A stretch of DNA of 64,000 nucleotides, taken from Pseudomonadota bacterium (GTDB taxonomy: Bacteria > Desulfobacterota > Desulfobulbia > Desulfobulbales > SURF-16). The position numbers and the translations under genes were made by a program. Below are positions 9,289 to 20,660 of the stretch, piece by piece (positions within the stretch are counted from its first letter, which is position 1; each line of letters opens with the position of its first letter). Where the stretch lies: NCBI GenBank assembly GCA_018897105.1, contig JAHILF010000031.1, positions 7,632-71,631 on the forward strand. Direction: 5' to 3'. The notes below the pieces were generated by a model. That model did not search any database and was not told the DNA's origin. It saw only the letters and a list, made by a program, of their open reading frames with translations.

Positions 9289-10322
9289 GTCTCCAGTAAT
9301 CCCCGCACAGCACCCGTCACCTCGGCCACCGAGATATCGAGCATGCAGCGGAAATCGGATTTGCAGTTTTTTTTAAGACAGGGCCGACAGTCAAGATCCT
9401 TCTGCACCACCACCGCCCGGTCCGAGAACGGGCCGGTCGCCACCGCATCGGTGGAACCGAAAATAGCCACCAGTGGGGTTTTAACGGCAGCCCCCACATG
9501 CATCAGCCCCGAGTCGTTGGTGACAAAGGCGTCACAGATCGAGATCAGGGCCATGGCCTGGCCCAGACTTGTTTTACCGGCCAGACCATGGATAAAGCCT
9601 TCGCCGTAACTGGTGATGACATCAATGGTTTCCCGGTCCGCCGCGGTGCCGAACACCATGAATTTCGCCCCGCTCTCCCGGTGCAGGTTGGCGGCCAGCT
9701 GTCCGTACCGTTCGGCCGGCCAGCACTTGGCCGGCCCAAATGCCGCTCCGGGATTGATGCCGATGACAGGGCCGGCGCCCACACCTTTTCTGAATTTCTC
9801 GGCAAACTCCACATCCTGGTCAGCCAGCTGCAGAAAGAGTTCGTTGCCGCCGCAGGTGAGGCCTAAATCCTCCATCAGCGCCTGATAATAGTAAACCTGA
9901 TGCTTCCGGCGGATTTCCGGGCGAATCGGCACGCCATGGGTCAAAAGCAGGGAGCGCGCATCCCTTTGATACCCGGCGCGGACCGGGATGCCGGCCAATT
10001 TTGCCAGCAGCGCCGCCTCAAAGGCGTTCTGCAGCAGAATGGCCATATCAAAGTGCATGGTTTTCAACAGCCGGCTTAAACGCAGCATGCCGGGTACTCC
10101 GCGATGCTCGCCCTTTTTTTCATAAAAGATGATTTTATCGACATGGGGGCTGGCGGCAAAGACATCGGCCATCCACGGCTGGGCAAGCAGAGAGATCTCG
10201 GCCTCCGGGAAATTCTGCCGGATCGTCCGCACTGCCGGGGTTGTCATGATGGCATCGCCGATCCAGTTGGTGGAGCGTACCAGTATTTTTTTTGGTTGAA
10301 ACTCTTTCAGGGATGACTTCAT
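9285..10322 (-). CDS. waaF: LPS heptosyltransferase II
   Basis: NWIGDAIMTTP, NPGAAFGPAKCWP and TNDSGLMH motifs (GT9). Confidence 0.92.
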   Translation of the reverse strand: MKSSLKEFQPKKILVRSTNWIGDAIMTTPAVRTIRQNFPEAEISLLAQPWMADVFAASPHVDKIIFYEKKGEHRGVPGMLRLSRLLKTMHFDMAILLQNAFEAALLAKLAGIPVRAGYQRDARSLLLTHGVPIRPEIRRKHQVYYYQALMEDLGLTCGGNELFLQLADQDVEFAEKFRKGVGAGPVIGINPGAAFGPAKCWPAERYGQLAANLHRESGAKFMVFGTAADRETIDVITSYGEGFIHGLAGKTSLGQAMALISICDAFVTNDSGLMHVGAAVKTPLVAIFGSTDAVATGPFSDRAVVVQKDLDCRPCLKKNCKSDFRCMLDISVAEVTGAVRGLLET

Positions 10323-10475
10323 GGACCTTCTGCCGAAACCGGCTGTTCAGCCGGATAGGGGAATAAAAAGAATGTGACAGGATTGTTCACTATTTAAATC
10401 AGCTTCATGGAAATTCGTACTTTTGCTTACTTTGCCGGAAACTGTCAAGTTTTTTATCTGAGTCTTGTCTATCCC

Positions 10476-10504
10476 TTGCAAAAAAAATAATAGAGTGGTA
10501 AAAG
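10476..10504 (+). promoter_or_regulatory. Putative sigma70 promoter of rpsB
   Basis: TTGCAA-N17-TAAAAG with an extended -10 TG. Confidence 0.45.
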
Positions 10505-10520
10505 AATTGGATTTTTACAT

Positions 10521-10580
10521 CACACATCCCTGAGAAACCCCTTTTGGTGCCCGTATGGGTTGGGGAAAACGGGATGGCGG
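10521..10580 (+). promoter_or_regulatory. Putative rpsB (S2) autoregulatory leader
   Basis: Starts CACAC; CATCCC(10525-30)/GGGATG(10571-76) stem encloses CCCC..GGTGC..GGGG; lies directly 5' of rpsB. Confidence 0.5.
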
Positions 10581-10608
10581 ACTAACCAAAAAAAATGGAG
10601 ATTTATCA

Positions 10609-11400
10609 ATGGCTTACATTACAATGAAAGAAATGCTGGTTGCCGGTCTGCACTTCGGCCACCAAACCCGTCGCTGGAATCCGAAAATGAAACCTTACAT
10701 CTTCGGAGCCCGCAACAAGATCTATATCATCAACCTGGACAAGACTCTGCCCCTTTTCAATAAGGCCTATGAGGCAGTTGTGGATAACATTACCAAAGGC
10801 GGCTCCATTCTTTTCGTCGGCACAAAACGTCAGGCGCAGGACATCGTCAAAGAGGAAGCCAACAGAGTCGGCATGCACTATATCAACCACCGCTGGCTCG
10901 GCGGCATGCTCACCAACTTCCAGACCATCAAAAAATCCGTTGACCGCATGAAATCCATCCAATCCATGAGTGACGACGGCAGCATCCATCGCTATAAGAA
11001 AAAAGAAGCGCTGGGCATGGAAAAAGAACTGGTCAAGCTTGAACGCAACCTCGGCGGCATTAAGGACATGAAGAGTCTGCCCTCCATGATTTTCATCATT
11101 GACCCCAAAAGGGAAGACATTGCCGTTGTTGAGGCAAATCGCCTGGGAATCCCGGTAATCGCCATAGCGGACACCAACTGTGACCCGGACGGCATCAACC
11201 ACCTTATTCCGGGCAACGACGATGCGATCCGCTCCATTAAACTGATCACCTCCAAGATTGCTGATGCGGTTCTCGCCGGCAAGGCCAAACGGGGCGAAGA
11301 GGTTGTTGAGACCGACGACGCCATTGCCGTAGCCATGGCGGCAGCCAATGTCGCATCAAGTGCAGGCTCTGCCGACATCCAGGCGGAAGCTGGCGAATAG
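10609..11400 (+). CDS. rpsB: 30S ribosomal protein S2
   Basis: [15 protein letters not shown] and PGNDDAIRS; RBS GGAG before ATG 10609. Confidence 0.98.
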   Translation: MAYITMKEMLVAGLHFGHQTRRWNPKMKPYIFGARNKIYIINLDKTLPLFNKAYEAVVDNITKGGSILFVGTKRQAQDIVKEEANRVGMHYINHRWLGGMLTNFQTIKKSVDRMKSIQSMSDDGSIHRYKKKEALGMEKELVKLERNLGGIKDMKSLPSMIFIIDPKREDIAVVEANRLGIPVIAIADTNCDPDGINHLIPGNDDAIRSIKLITSKIADAVLAGKAKRGEEVVETDDAIAVAMAAANVASSAGSADIQAEAGE

Positions 11401-11465
11401 GCCGGCGTCACAGCACAGCAGCAAAGCAAAAGAATTTCATTAACGAACAGAAGGGTAACAATACA

Positions 11466-12059
11466 ATGAATATCACCAGTCAAATGGTCAAGGAACTCCG
11501 CGACAAAACCAACGCGGGCATGATGGATTGCAAGAAGGCTCTTGCGGAAAACAATGGCGACATGGAAAAGGCCGTTGACTATCTTCGCCAGAAAGGCCTG
11601 GCGGTTGCCGCCAAAAGGGCGACCCGGGCCACCAGCGAAGGTGTCATCGAGTGCTATATCCATTCGGGCGGCAAACTCGGCGTGATGGTGGAAGTGGGCT
11701 GCGAAACGGATTTTGTCGCCAAAACAGACTCATTCCTTGAGTTTGCCAAAAATATCGCCATGCATATTGCCGCAGTCAATCCCGTGTCCATCAAAAGGGA
11801 AGACGTGCCGGAAGAACTGCTGGTCAGAGAAAAGGGCATCTACGTCAATCAGGCGGCTGACTCAGGCAAACCCGCTAATATCGTGGAAAAAATCGTGGCC
11901 GGTAAAATTGAAAAATTCTACGCGGATGCCTGCCTGCTTGAACAGCAGTATGTCAAGAACCCCGATCTGAAGGTGCAGGATCTGCTCAACGAACTGATCG
12001 CCACTCTCGGAGAAAACATCAGCATCAAGAGATTTGCCCGTTTTCAAGTAGGCACCTGA
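11466..12059 (+). CDS. tsf: Elongation factor Ts (short form)
   Basis: VKELRDKTNAGMMDCKKAL and CETDFVA. Confidence 0.98.
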   Translation: MNITSQMVKELRDKTNAGMMDCKKALAENNGDMEKAVDYLRQKGLAVAAKRATRATSEGVIECYIHSGGKLGVMVEVGCETDFVAKTDSFLEFAKNIAMHIAAVNPVSIKREDVPEELLVREKGIYVNQAADSGKPANIVEKIVAGKIEKFYADACLLEQQYVKNPDLKVQDLLNELIATLGENISIKRFARFQVGT

Positions 12060-12078
12060 TCAGAAGGATTCATTGGCC

Positions 12079-12807
12079 ATGGATACTTATAAATATAAAA
12101 GAGTATTGCTGAAATTAAGCGGCGAAGCCCTGATGGGCGACGCCGCTTTCGGCATCAGCAACGATGTGCTGGCCTATGTGGCCGACGAAATCCGGGAACT
12201 GCGGGCTCTCGGCACGGAGATCGCCATTGTTATCGGCGCCGGTAATATTTTCCGCGGCGTCGCAGGCTCCTCGGCCGGCATGGACAGGGCCATGGCCGAC
12301 AATATGGGCATGCTGGCCACGGTCATGAATGCCCTGGCCTTAAGCGACACCCTTGAACGGATCGATGTCAAAACCGCCGTCCTGTCAGCCATCCCCATGG
12401 AAACGGTCTGCGAGCCCTATTCCCATCGTCGTTCCCTCGAACATCTGAAAAAAGGCAATATTGTCATTTTCGCAGCCGGCACCGGCAACCCCTATTTCAC
12501 CACCGACACTGCGGCGGTGCTGCGGGGCCTGGAAATCAACGCGGATATCATCTGCAAGGCCACCAGGGTTGACGGGGTGTACGACAAAGACCCGCTCATC
12601 TATGATGACGCGGTGAAATTTGACAGCCTGGGTTACGCTGAGGTCCTGAGAAGACGGCTGAAGGTCATGGATGCGGCAGCCATTTCCCTGGCCATGGACA
12701 ACAACAAGACCATCCTTGTCTTAGATGTGAATATCCCCGGCAATATCAAAAAAGCCATTTGCGGGGCGAAAATCGGTACTTTAATCAGTGGAGTTGAGAA
12801 TGAGTGA
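12079..12807 (+). CDS. pyrH: UMP kinase
   Basis: LLKLSGEAL, GAGNIFRG and GNPYFTTD. Confidence 0.98.
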   Translation: MDTYKYKRVLLKLSGEALMGDAAFGISNDVLAYVADEIRELRALGTEIAIVIGAGNIFRGVAGSSAGMDRAMADNMGMLATVMNALALSDTLERIDVKTAVLSAIPMETVCEPYSHRRSLEHLKKGNIVIFAAGTGNPYFTTDTAAVLRGLEINADIICKATRVDGVYDKDPLIYDDAVKFDSLGYAEVLRRRLKVMDAAAISLAMDNNKTILVLDVNIPGNIKKAICGAKIGTLISGVENE

Positions 12808-13354
12808 AGTTCTGTTAGAAATGAAGGACAAAATGGAAAAAAGTCTGGAGGCCTTCCGCCGGGAACTGACCACCATCCGTACCGGCCGCGCCTCCTTGTC
12901 GCTGGTTGATGGAATCAGGGTGGATTCCTACGGCTCGAAAATGCCGCTTAACCAGGTTGCCTCCATTACCATTCCGGAAAGCAGACTGATTGTCATCCAG
13001 CCTTGGGACCCCCAGGTGCTGCCAGCCATTGATAAGGCTATCCTGGCGGCAAATATCGGCCTGACCCCGGCAAGCGACGGCAAAATGCTGCGCATTTCCA
13101 TTCCCCAGCTCACCGAGGAACGCCGCAAGGAAATGGTCAAGCAGGCGAAAAAAATCGGCGAAGAATACCGGGTGGCGGTGCGCAACTGCCGACGGGACGC
13201 CATTGATCACCTGAAAAAACTCAAAAAAGACAAAGAAATCTCAGAAGACGATCTCTTCAAGTGCCAGGACGAAGCCCAGAAAGAGACAGATGCATTCATC
13301 AAAAAAATCGATGCAATTCTAGTTGAGAAAGAAAAAGAGGTCATGGAGGTTTAA
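12800..13354 (+). CDS. frr: Ribosome recycling factor
   Basis: IRTGRAS, LTEERRK and KEKEVM. Confidence 0.98.
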   Translation: MSEVLLEMKDKMEKSLEAFRRELTTIRTGRASLSLVDGIRVDSYGSKMPLNQVASITIPESRLIVIQPWDPQVLPAIDKAILAANIGLTPASDGKMLRISIPQLTEERRKEMVKQAKKIGEEYRVAVRNCRRDAIDHLKKLKKDKEISEDDLFKCQDEAQKETDAFIKKIDAILVEKEKEVMEV

Positions 13355-13363
13355 CGGCCCCCA

Positions 13364-14113
13364 GTGTCGACATCCTTGGAACTGGACACAAAAAAACTCC
13401 CGCAGCATATTGCCATCATCATGGACGGCAACGGCCGCTGGGCTCAGAGTCGCGGTCTGATGCGCCTCATGGGGCACAAGGCAGGGGTTAAAACGGTTCA
13501 GCTGATCGTCAAAGCCGCCAGGGAAATCGGCATATCCGCCCTCACTCTTTACGCCTTTTCCTCTGAAAACTGGAAAAGGCCGGCCACTGAGGTTTCCGGC
13601 CTCATGTCGCTGTTAAAGAGCTATCTTGAAAGCGAACTCACCTTCATGCAGGAAAACAACATTCGCCTGCACACTATCGGGCGCAAAGAGAATCTGCCCA
13701 GGGAAATCAGGGAGACATTAAGCGCCTCCATTGCCAACACCGCCGCCAACACCGGCCTTGTTCTCAATCTTGCCTTGAGTTACGGCAGCCGGGATGAAAT
13801 CGTGGGTGCCGCCAGGAAGATGGCAAAACTCTGCGTTGCCGGCAAGTTGAGCCCCGAGGACATTACAGAAGCATCCTTCTCCGGCCATCTCTTCACCGCC
13901 GGGCTCCCGGATCCGGACCTCATCATCCGCACCGGTGGGGAATTCCGGCTAAGCAACTTTCTCCTCTGGCAGGCCTCCTACTCCGAAATTTTTATTACCG
14001 AAACACACTGGCCCGACTTCACCCGGGAAGATTTTATTGCTGCAATCACCACCTTTCAGAAAAGACAAAGACGTTTTGGCAGAACAGGAGACCAGGTAAG
14101 CGGAAATAATTGA
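13364..14113 (+). CDS. uppS: Undecaprenyl diphosphate synthase
   Basis: HIAIIMDGNGRWA, FSSENWKRP and RTGGEFRLSNFLLWQ. Confidence 0.97.
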   Translation: MSTSLELDTKKLPQHIAIIMDGNGRWAQSRGLMRLMGHKAGVKTVQLIVKAAREIGISALTLYAFSSENWKRPATEVSGLMSLLKSYLESELTFMQENNIRLHTIGRKENLPREIRETLSASIANTAANTGLVLNLALSYGSRDEIVGAARKMAKLCVAGKLSPEDITEASFSGHLFTAGLPDPDLIIRTGGEFRLSNFLLWQASYSEIFITETHWPDFTREDFIAAITTFQKRQRRFGRTGDQVSGNN

Positions 14114-14235
14114 CAGCTTCCGTAAGAACTGAAAATTTACCACAGAGAGCACAAAGCTAACTGACTGTAATAAAAAATATTTCTCTGGAATCTCTGCGTA
14201 CTCTGTGGTGAAAAAAGACTTTTCCCAGTCCACCA
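14111..14235. repeat. MITE/REP-like palindromic repeat, family A copy 1
   Basis: ...CGTAAGAACTGAAAATTTACCACAGAGAGCAC...CTCTGTGGTGAAAAAAGACTTT...; related copies at 20661 and 23932. Confidence 0.8.
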
Positions 14236-14337
14236 ATAATGAGGGGTCCGTAAAAGCAGGCACGCTGCACGCCCTCTTTATTTTTAATACTCTGCGGATC
14301 CGTGTCAGATATTTTCGGCATGTGACACCAAAATGAC

Positions 14338-15135
14338 ATGAAACGAATCATTACAGGACTTATTGCCGTTGCCGCTTGGCTTGCCCTGCTCTATTCCCAG
14401 TCTTTTATTCTTTTCTGGCTGATTATTACAGCCATAAGCCTGATTGCCGCCTTGGAGTTCTTTACCATCTGCCTGCAGAATGAAGAGAAAACTCTCCGAC
14501 CGCTGCTGGTGGCCATTGCCCTGCTCCCTGTCGCCGCCACCTGGTTTCAGCGGATTGATCTGGTTTATGTCTCGTTCATCGTTGCCCTTATGCTTGTTGC
14601 GGTGCTGGCGGTTTTCAAGGCCGCGCAGGTGCAGAAGCCCTTTGATCTGCTGCTCAAGGCAAGTTTCGGCACCATGTATACCGGCCTTTTCACCGCCCAC
14701 CTGATTCTCTTCATGGCGCTGCCCAACGGCGCAGCCTGGCTGCTGTTTCTGACCACTATCACCGCGGCCTCCGACACCGGGGCCTATTTTTCCGGCATGT
14801 CCCTCGGCAGACACAAATTGTGCCCGTCCATCAGCCCGAAGAAAACCGTGGAAGGATTTGTCGGCGGCATGCTGTGCGGCACCGGCTTTGCCCTGCTTAT
14901 TGCCGTCTTTTTCTTTACTGATGCCAACTTGATCCGTTATGCCGCCGCAGCCCTTTTTCTTTCCGCCCTGGGCGTGGTGGGCGACCTGGTGGAGTCACTG
15001 TTAAAGCGAAGCATGGGGGTAAAGGATTCAGGCAACATACTGCCCGGCCATGGCGGCATTCTTGATCGCGCCGATTCCCTGCTGTTGACGGCTCCGGTTT
15101 TATACTATCTGGTCACATATCATCTACTCGGGTAA
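14338..15135 (+). CDS. cdsA: Phosphatidate cytidylyltransferase
   Basis: SDTGAY, ISPKKTVEG and KDSGNILPGHGGILDR. Confidence 0.97.
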   Translation: MKRIITGLIAVAAWLALLYSQSFILFWLIITAISLIAALEFFTICLQNEEKTLRPLLVAIALLPVAATWFQRIDLVYVSFIVALMLVAVLAVFKAAQVQKPFDLLLKASFGTMYTGLFTAHLILFMALPNGAAWLLFLTTITAASDTGAYFSGMSLGRHKLCPSISPKKTVEGFVGGMLCGTGFALLIAVFFFTDANLIRYAAAALFLSALGVVGDLVESLLKRSMGVKDSGNILPGHGGILDRADSLLLTAPVLYYLVTYHLLG

Positions 15136-15141
15136 CAGAGA

Positions 15142-16377
15142 ATGCAGAAAAACATCTCTCTTTTAGGATCCACCGGTTCCATCGGCCGCAACGTGCTGAA
15201 GGTTGTCCGCCAGTATCCCGGCCGTTTCCGCATCGTCGGCCTGGCCGCCGGCCGCAATATCGCCCTGCTGCGCGACCAGATCGAGTCCTTCAATCCCCTT
15301 GCCGTGTCCGTAGCCACCAGGGAACTTGCAGGCGAACTGGCCCAGAGTCTGCCCGCAGGGTGGGATGATAAAATCTTTTACGGGCCGGAAGGCAACGAAC
15401 TGGTGGCAACCATTGCCCAGGCAGATACCGTGGTCTCAGCCATTGTCGGGGCAGCAGGCCTGCTGCCCACCCTGGCCGCCATCAAAGCAGGCAAGCATAT
15501 CGCCCTGGCCAACAAGGAAACCCTGGTTATGGCCGGCGATCTGGTCATGGCCGAGGCCCGGCGCCACAAGGTTAACATTCTTCCGGTGGACAGCGAGCAT
15601 AATGCCATCTTCCAGGCCCTGGCCGCCGGCCGCCGGGAGGATGTGCACAAGATCATCCTCACAGCCTCAGGCGGCCCCTTCCGTGATAAAAACGAACGGG
15701 ACCTCTGGGACGTCACCCCGGAAGAGGCGTTGAATCATCCCAACTGGAGCATGGGCAATAAAATTTCCATCGACTCCGCCACCTTGATGAACAAAGGACT
15801 TGAGGTCATCGAGGCGCGATGGCTGTTTGACATTGAGGTGGAACATATCGAAGTCCTGGTGCATCCGCAGAGTATCGTGCACTCGATGGTGGAATATCTT
15901 GACGGCTCGGTCATCGCCCAGTTGGGTGTGCCGGACATGCGCATCCCCATCACCTATGCCCTCTCCTGGCCGGAACGTCTCAAGACCGGACTTGCCCGGC
16001 TCAATCTGCCCCGGTGCATGGATCTCAGTTTCCAGCCGCCGGACTTCAAAAAATTCCCGGCCCTGAAACTCGCCTACCACGCCTGTAAACAGGGCGGCAC
16101 CATGCCGGCGATGCTCAATGCCGCCAATGAGGTGGCAGTGGCATCTTTTCTTGACAAGAAGATACGTTTCCCGGAAATTTCTCTGGTGGTGGCAGAAACA
16201 TTGAACCGATTGAGCCAAAAAGAGATCAAAGACATAGAAACAATTTTAGAGGCCGACCTTGCCGCCAGGGTGCAGGCCGAATCAATTATCGAAGCATTGT
16301 GGATTAAATTCAAACAGAGGACTGGCCAGCAATATGACACTCCTGATTTACCCCCTGGCCTGAATGTCAAATTATGA
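15142..16377 (+). CDS. dxr: 1-deoxy-D-xylulose 5-phosphate reductoisomerase
   Basis: [25 protein letters not shown] and [10 protein letters not shown]. Confidence 0.98.
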   Translation: MQKNISLLGSTGSIGRNVLKVVRQYPGRFRIVGLAAGRNIALLRDQIESFNPLAVSVATRELAGELAQSLPAGWDDKIFYGPEGNELVATIAQADTVVSAIVGAAGLLPTLAAIKAGKHIALANKETLVMAGDLVMAEARRHKVNILPVDSEHNAIFQALAAGRREDVHKIILTASGGPFRDKNERDLWDVTPEEALNHPNWSMGNKISIDSATLMNKGLEVIEARWLFDIEVEHIEVLVHPQSIVHSMVEYLDGSVIAQLGVPDMRIPITYALSWPERLKTGLARLNLPRCMDLSFQPPDFKKFPALKLAYHACKQGGTMPAMLNAANEVAVASFLDKKIRFPEISLVVAETLNRLSQKEIKDIETILEADLAARVQAESIIEALWIKFKQRTGQQYDTPDLPPGLNVKL

Positions 16378-17450
16378 ACTCCGCTATCTCCTTTATCATC
16401 GTTCTCGGCCTGCTCATTTTTGTTCATGAATTCGGTCATTTCCTTTTTGCCAAGCTCTTCGGCGTCCGGGTCCTGAAATTCTCCCTCGGCTTCGGGCCCA
16501 AGGTATTCGGCAGGAAATACGGCGACACCGAGTATCTGATCAGCGCCTTTCCCCTGGGCGGTTATGTGAAAATGACCGGGGAAAACAAGGACGAGGAAGT
16601 TTCTTTCACCGAACAGCCTTATTCCTTTGCCCACAAGCCCGTGTGGAAACGTTTTTTCATCGTGCTGGCCGGCCCTGCTTTCAATCTCTTTTTCGCGGTG
16701 GTGGTGTTCTTTACCATCTTTGCTATTGCCGGACTGCCAGTGCCCAAAGCCGGTACGGAGATCGGCGCCATCACCGAGAACTCACCCGCGCAGGCGGCCG
16801 GGATCAAGGCCGGGGATATCATCATCTCCATCAACGGCGAAAAAACCGAAGGTTGGGAAGATGTCTCCCGGCTCATCCGGGAATCAGGCGGCAAGCCGGT
16901 GGCTCTGATCATATCCCGTGAAGGCAAAGAGATTACTACAACCGGCCAGCCGGAACGCCAGGATGTCAAAAACATCTTCGGTGAAGTGGTGGATGAACGT
17001 TTCATGCTGGGTATCTCCCGCAGCAGCGAGGTCATCTATGAAAAGGCCTCCATCCCCGAGGCCTTTGTCGCCGGCGTCAACCAGACCTGGACCTTCATCT
17101 ACCTCACCATCATGGGGGTGGTGAAAATCATCGAGCGGGTGGTGCCTGCCTCCGAACTCGGCGGCCCCATCCTCATTGCCCAGATGGCAGGACAACAGAT
17201 GGAGGCCGGCTGGATCAACCTGGCCTATTTCATCGGGCTGCTCAGCGTCAACTTGGGCATCCTCAACCTCTTTCCCATCCCGGTTCTGGACGGCGGCCAT
17301 CTTGTCCTCTACACCCTGGAGGCCATCCGGCGCAAACCCCTTGAACAGCAGACCCAGGAAAAACTGCAGCAACTCGGCATACTGCTGCTCGGCAGCCTGA
17401 TGATCTTTGTCTTCTACAACGATATTGTCCGTATTCTCAGCAAAGGGTAA
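16374..17450 (+). CDS. rseP: RIP metalloprotease RseP
   Basis: HEFGH, PDZ domain and [11 protein letters not shown]. Confidence 0.97.
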   Translation: MNSAISFIIVLGLLIFVHEFGHFLFAKLFGVRVLKFSLGFGPKVFGRKYGDTEYLISAFPLGGYVKMTGENKDEEVSFTEQPYSFAHKPVWKRFFIVLAGPAFNLFFAVVVFFTIFAIAGLPVPKAGTEIGAITENSPAQAAGIKAGDIIISINGEKTEGWEDVSRLIRESGGKPVALIISREGKEITTTGQPERQDVKNIFGEVVDERFMLGISRSSEVIYEKASIPEAFVAGVNQTWTFIYLTIMGVVKIIERVVPASELGGPILIAQMAGQQMEAGWINLAYFIGLLSVNLGILNLFPIPVLDGGHLVLYTLEAIRRKPLEQQTQEKLQQLGILLLGSLMIFVFYNDIVRILSKG

Positions 17451-17486
17451 GCGGTCTTATATGATGATTGACAATTGAGAATGTAA

Positions 17487-18224
17487 ATGGCCCCTGTCAC
17501 CAAAGACCCGACCAGCCAGCCGCCCCTTATTCTGGCGGTGGAGAATTCCGGCATGTGCGGCAGTATCGCCCTGGTGAGCGGTTCCCACTGCATTGCCGAA
17601 CAGAGTCTGCTGTCAACACTGACCCATTCCAAACGGCTGCTCGTTACCCTGGATCGGATCATGGCCGAATGCCAGGTCACCTGGGAGGCCATCGACGCCA
17701 TTGCCATCAGCCTGGGACCGGGCAGTTTCACCGGCCTGCGGATCGGTCTCAGCACGGTGAAAGGCCTGGCCCTGGCCACCTCCATCCCGCTGATCGGCGT
17801 CCCCACCCTTGACGGTCTGGCCAGCCAGTTCAGCTTCACGGCCATGCCGGTCTGCCCCATTCTTGATGCCAGGAAAAACGAGGTCTACACCGCTCTTTAC
17901 CAATCCGGTGAGAACGGCCGCATGCAACGCCTGAGCGAATATCTCGTCATTTCCGCGGCAGAGCTTGCCGACCAGATCACCGAACCCACAGTCTTTGCCG
18001 GAGACGGCATCACGGTTCACGGCGATCTGCTGCGGGAAAAACTGGGGGATCACGCCTTTTTCGCCCCGGAACAGCTTTACTTTGCCAAGGCCTCCAGCAT
18101 CGGCTTTCTTGCCCTGTCCCGCTGGCATAAACAGGAATTTCTTGATCCGGCAGGATGCACCCCGCTCTATGTCCGCGCCTCTGACGCGGAACTTAATCTC
18201 CTCCGCAAAGCCGCCCTGTCCTGA
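17487..18224 (+). CDS. tsaB: t6A biosynthesis protein TsaB
   Basis: GPGSFTGLRIG, LDARKNEVY and PLYVR. Confidence 0.96.
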   Translation: MAPVTKDPTSQPPLILAVENSGMCGSIALVSGSHCIAEQSLLSTLTHSKRLLVTLDRIMAECQVTWEAIDAIAISLGPGSFTGLRIGLSTVKGLALATSIPLIGVPTLDGLASQFSFTAMPVCPILDARKNEVYTALYQSGENGRMQRLSEYLVISAAELADQITEPTVFAGDGITVHGDLLREKLGDHAFFAPEQLYFAKASSIGFLALSRWHKQEFLDPAGCTPLYVRASDAELNLLRKAALS

Positions 18225-18477
18225 TACCGCGGCATGCCGCAGCACCATTCCCCTGTTTTTCAAAACTTCTTCCGCCAACTGCAAAAAATTGTAAAGTTCC
18301 CGCCCCATTGTTCCGAACAGATACGTAATTCGGCTGTTTCCGCCATGTCAGTTTTATCCTGCCGGATATGATTTGTGTTTCACGCCAGGCGTTACCAAGT
18401 GTGCCGACATATTGCCTGCGCAATGAAATTATCAAGGATTGGCGTTGCCTTTAAGAAATCGTTGATGGAGAGAAAAA

Positions 18478-18819
18478 ATGTCTGTTCATACCCCAAATTC
18501 CGCCGGTTTTTCTGCAACAAATCTCTATAAAATGAACCTGACGTCCAACAAAGATCTGGCCCAGGACATGAGCCAGACCCAGGAAAAAACAGCAGAAAAT
18601 GGGGACTATCAGGTGCGGATCTCCGAGGAGGCCCAGCAGCTTGCCCAGCAGGCAAAAATCAGAACCGGCTCTGAGATGGCACCGCCCACTGTCCAGGAAA
18701 CAGAGCCTGCCCTCAATCGTTCACGTTTTGAGATCACTACGCAGAATATGGCCGTAGCGGCACAACTGGCCGTGCAAAACAGTGCCGCAGTCAGAAATGG
18801 CATAGAAGTGGTTGCCTGA
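18478..18819 (+). CDS. Hypothetical protein
   Basis: RBS GGAG; 113 aa, Q/A-rich, with QVRISEEAQQL segment and GIEVVA end. Confidence 0.6.
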   Translation: MSVHTPNSAGFSATNLYKMNLTSNKDLAQDMSQTQEKTAENGDYQVRISEEAQQLAQQAKIRTGSEMAPPTVQETEPALNRSRFEITTQNMAVAAQLAVQNSAAVRNGIEVVA

Positions 18820-18994
18820 AAAACGTTCAGCCGACTCTGACATCTTGCCCCCTGCTCTTGCCCGCACCCTTCTCGACAAGGACACAACCCTGCTCTGCAA
18901 CATTCACACAGTGTTGTCCAATTACGATCTTACGCGGTCCGCCCTTCCTTCCCAGACATAATCGCTAATGTAAGGGAAGGAAACAGCCACAAAC

Positions 18995-19050
18995 TCGTCA
19001 TTCCGGCATGTTTTCAGCCGGAATCCAGGTTGGCTGTATCGCTCCAGTAA
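18995..19050. repeat. REP-like repeat, family B (CGTCATTCCGG...GGAATCCAG)
   Basis: CGTCATTCCGGCATGTTTTCAGCCGGAATCCAGG; related sequences near 24036 and 26623. Confidence 0.7.
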
Positions 19051-19075
19051 ACGCCCGGCCGGAAAACGGCTGCGC

Positions 19076-19897
19076 TTATCCAAAAAGTTTTCCGTCCCTG
19101 CTGTGTTTGACAATCAGGCCGCGGAACATTTCCACCAGGCCCCTGCCAAGCAGGTAAATCGATTCAACAGTGATATTGTCCGCCGCAGTCCGGTCAAAGA
19201 GAATATTCAATTTTGAGGCGAAATGATCCTCCGGCGGCCAGTAATTGATCAACATGGGCAAGCCGGGTAGAGGAAAGATAACCAGCGACTGATCCGCATT
19301 GGTCACCCCTGCTGCCGGATTTGCCCCGAAGAGATGTAGAATCTCGAAAATCAGTTCCGCATGGGCATCGGCCAGTTGCCCCATTGCCTCCTCACATCGG
19401 CGGGAAAAAAACCTGTTCCAGTCCGCCGCCCCCGGCAAATCACCGAAAGCCACCCATTCACCCGACAGTTGTCTGCCCTTGCCGTGAATGATGTAGTTCA
19501 GCAGCGGAATCAGCACCCACGGGTTATTATGACATTCCGACCACATCTCCCCTGCAGCATCGATCCAGAAATCCTTGCCCAGGCAATTGATCCCCAGCCT
19601 GCCATCGCGCAATTGCACCCCCAGCCGTGCCGCGGCTTCCGGGAAATCGATCTGCCCTGCCTCCTGCTTGAGACGGGCGAGGACCTGCTGCTGCTCATCC
19701 TCCCGGGAGCTTCTTCCGCCAACAACCCCTCCCAGGGCCTGCAGCGTTTCCCGGTCAATATAGGGGCAGTCCGCCAGTTGCTTCTGTCCCTGGATTACCG
19801 CCACGGCAAAGGCCATACAGGACTGCAGCCGACATTCCCGGCAATTTGACTTTTTCAGCAGTTTGTAGAGTTCAAGCGGGTTTTTAATCTGCGTCAT
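19076..19897 (-). CDS. Fe-S cluster/DUF3786 domain protein
   Basis: N-terminal NCRECRLQSCMAFA...CP Fe-S motif followed by DUF3786-like sequence (LFDRTA...ESIYLLG). Confidence 0.85.
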   Translation of the reverse strand: MTQIKNPLELYKLLKKSNCRECRLQSCMAFAVAVIQGQKQLADCPYIDRETLQALGGVVGGRSSREDEQQQVLARLKQEAGQIDFPEAAARLGVQLRDGRLGINCLGKDFWIDAAGEMWSECHNNPWVLIPLLNYIIHGKGRQLSGEWVAFGDLPGAADWNRFFSRRCEEAMGQLADAHAELIFEILHLFGANPAAGVTNADQSLVIFPLPGLPMLINYWPPEDHFASKLNILFDRTAADNITVESIYLLGRGLVEMFRGLIVKHSRDGKLFG

Positions 19898-20087
19898 CCT
19901 GCGCCACCATTTCCATAAGGGACCTCTCCTTTCCGGGGTCATCACCCGCACACCACAACGATGGAGAGATCGCGATTTTCTCTCTCAGCATTTTTGCTGT
20001 TTTCTGGTATATTCCGCTGGTTCAGAAATTGATTTGGCCTGAGCCAGATCAAAACATAAGAAAAAAAATACCTGCCCACAACCGCAA

Positions 20088-20639
20088 ATGAAAAAAATAC
20101 CCGCTTTTTTCCCTGCCTTTATGCTGCTGCTCATGCCCTTTTTCAGCCCAAGTGCAGAAGGATTTTCCTCCGTCACCCTGCCGCAGGCTGCCTTGATCGA
20201 CAAAATGACAGCTCCACCCCCCCTTCCCCTCCTGCTGGCCCAGAATGTAACGGATGATTACAGCGAGGCGATCATCTGGTATCGTCAGCGCGCCGAGCAG
20301 GGCCATGCCGACGGCCAGTATTATCTCGGCCTTATGTATGCCATGGGCAAAGGCCTGCCCAGAGATTACAAGAAGGCGGCAATGTGGTACCGCAAGGCTG
20401 CGGAACAGGGGTATCCCGATGCCCAGTTTGACCTGGGACGCCTGTATGCCGTGGGTGAAGGAGTGGAACAGGATCTGGTCCAGGCTTATATTCTGATCAC
20501 GCTTGCCGCCAGGCAGGGGCATAAAAAAGCCCTGAGAACCAAGGACTTCATGGCAATGCAGATGTCTCCCCAGGAGATGGAAGAGGCCCAGGAACTGCTG
20601 ATGCGGCTGCAGCAGAAGAGTCAAGAAGGCCATGATTGA
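20088..20639 (+). CDS. Sel1-repeat exported protein
   Basis: Signal peptide and repeats AEQGHADGQYYLGLMY / AAEQGYPDAQFDLGRLY. Confidence 0.9.
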   Translation: MKKIPAFFPAFMLLLMPFFSPSAEGFSSVTLPQAALIDKMTAPPPLPLLLAQNVTDDYSEAIIWYRQRAEQGHADGQYYLGLMYAMGKGLPRDYKKAAMWYRKAAEQGYPDAQFDLGRLYAVGEGVEQDLVQAYILITLAARQGHKKALRTKDFMAMQMSPQEMEEAQELLMRLQQKSQEGHD

Positions 20640-20660
20640 CAAACTTCTAAAAACTGAAAA

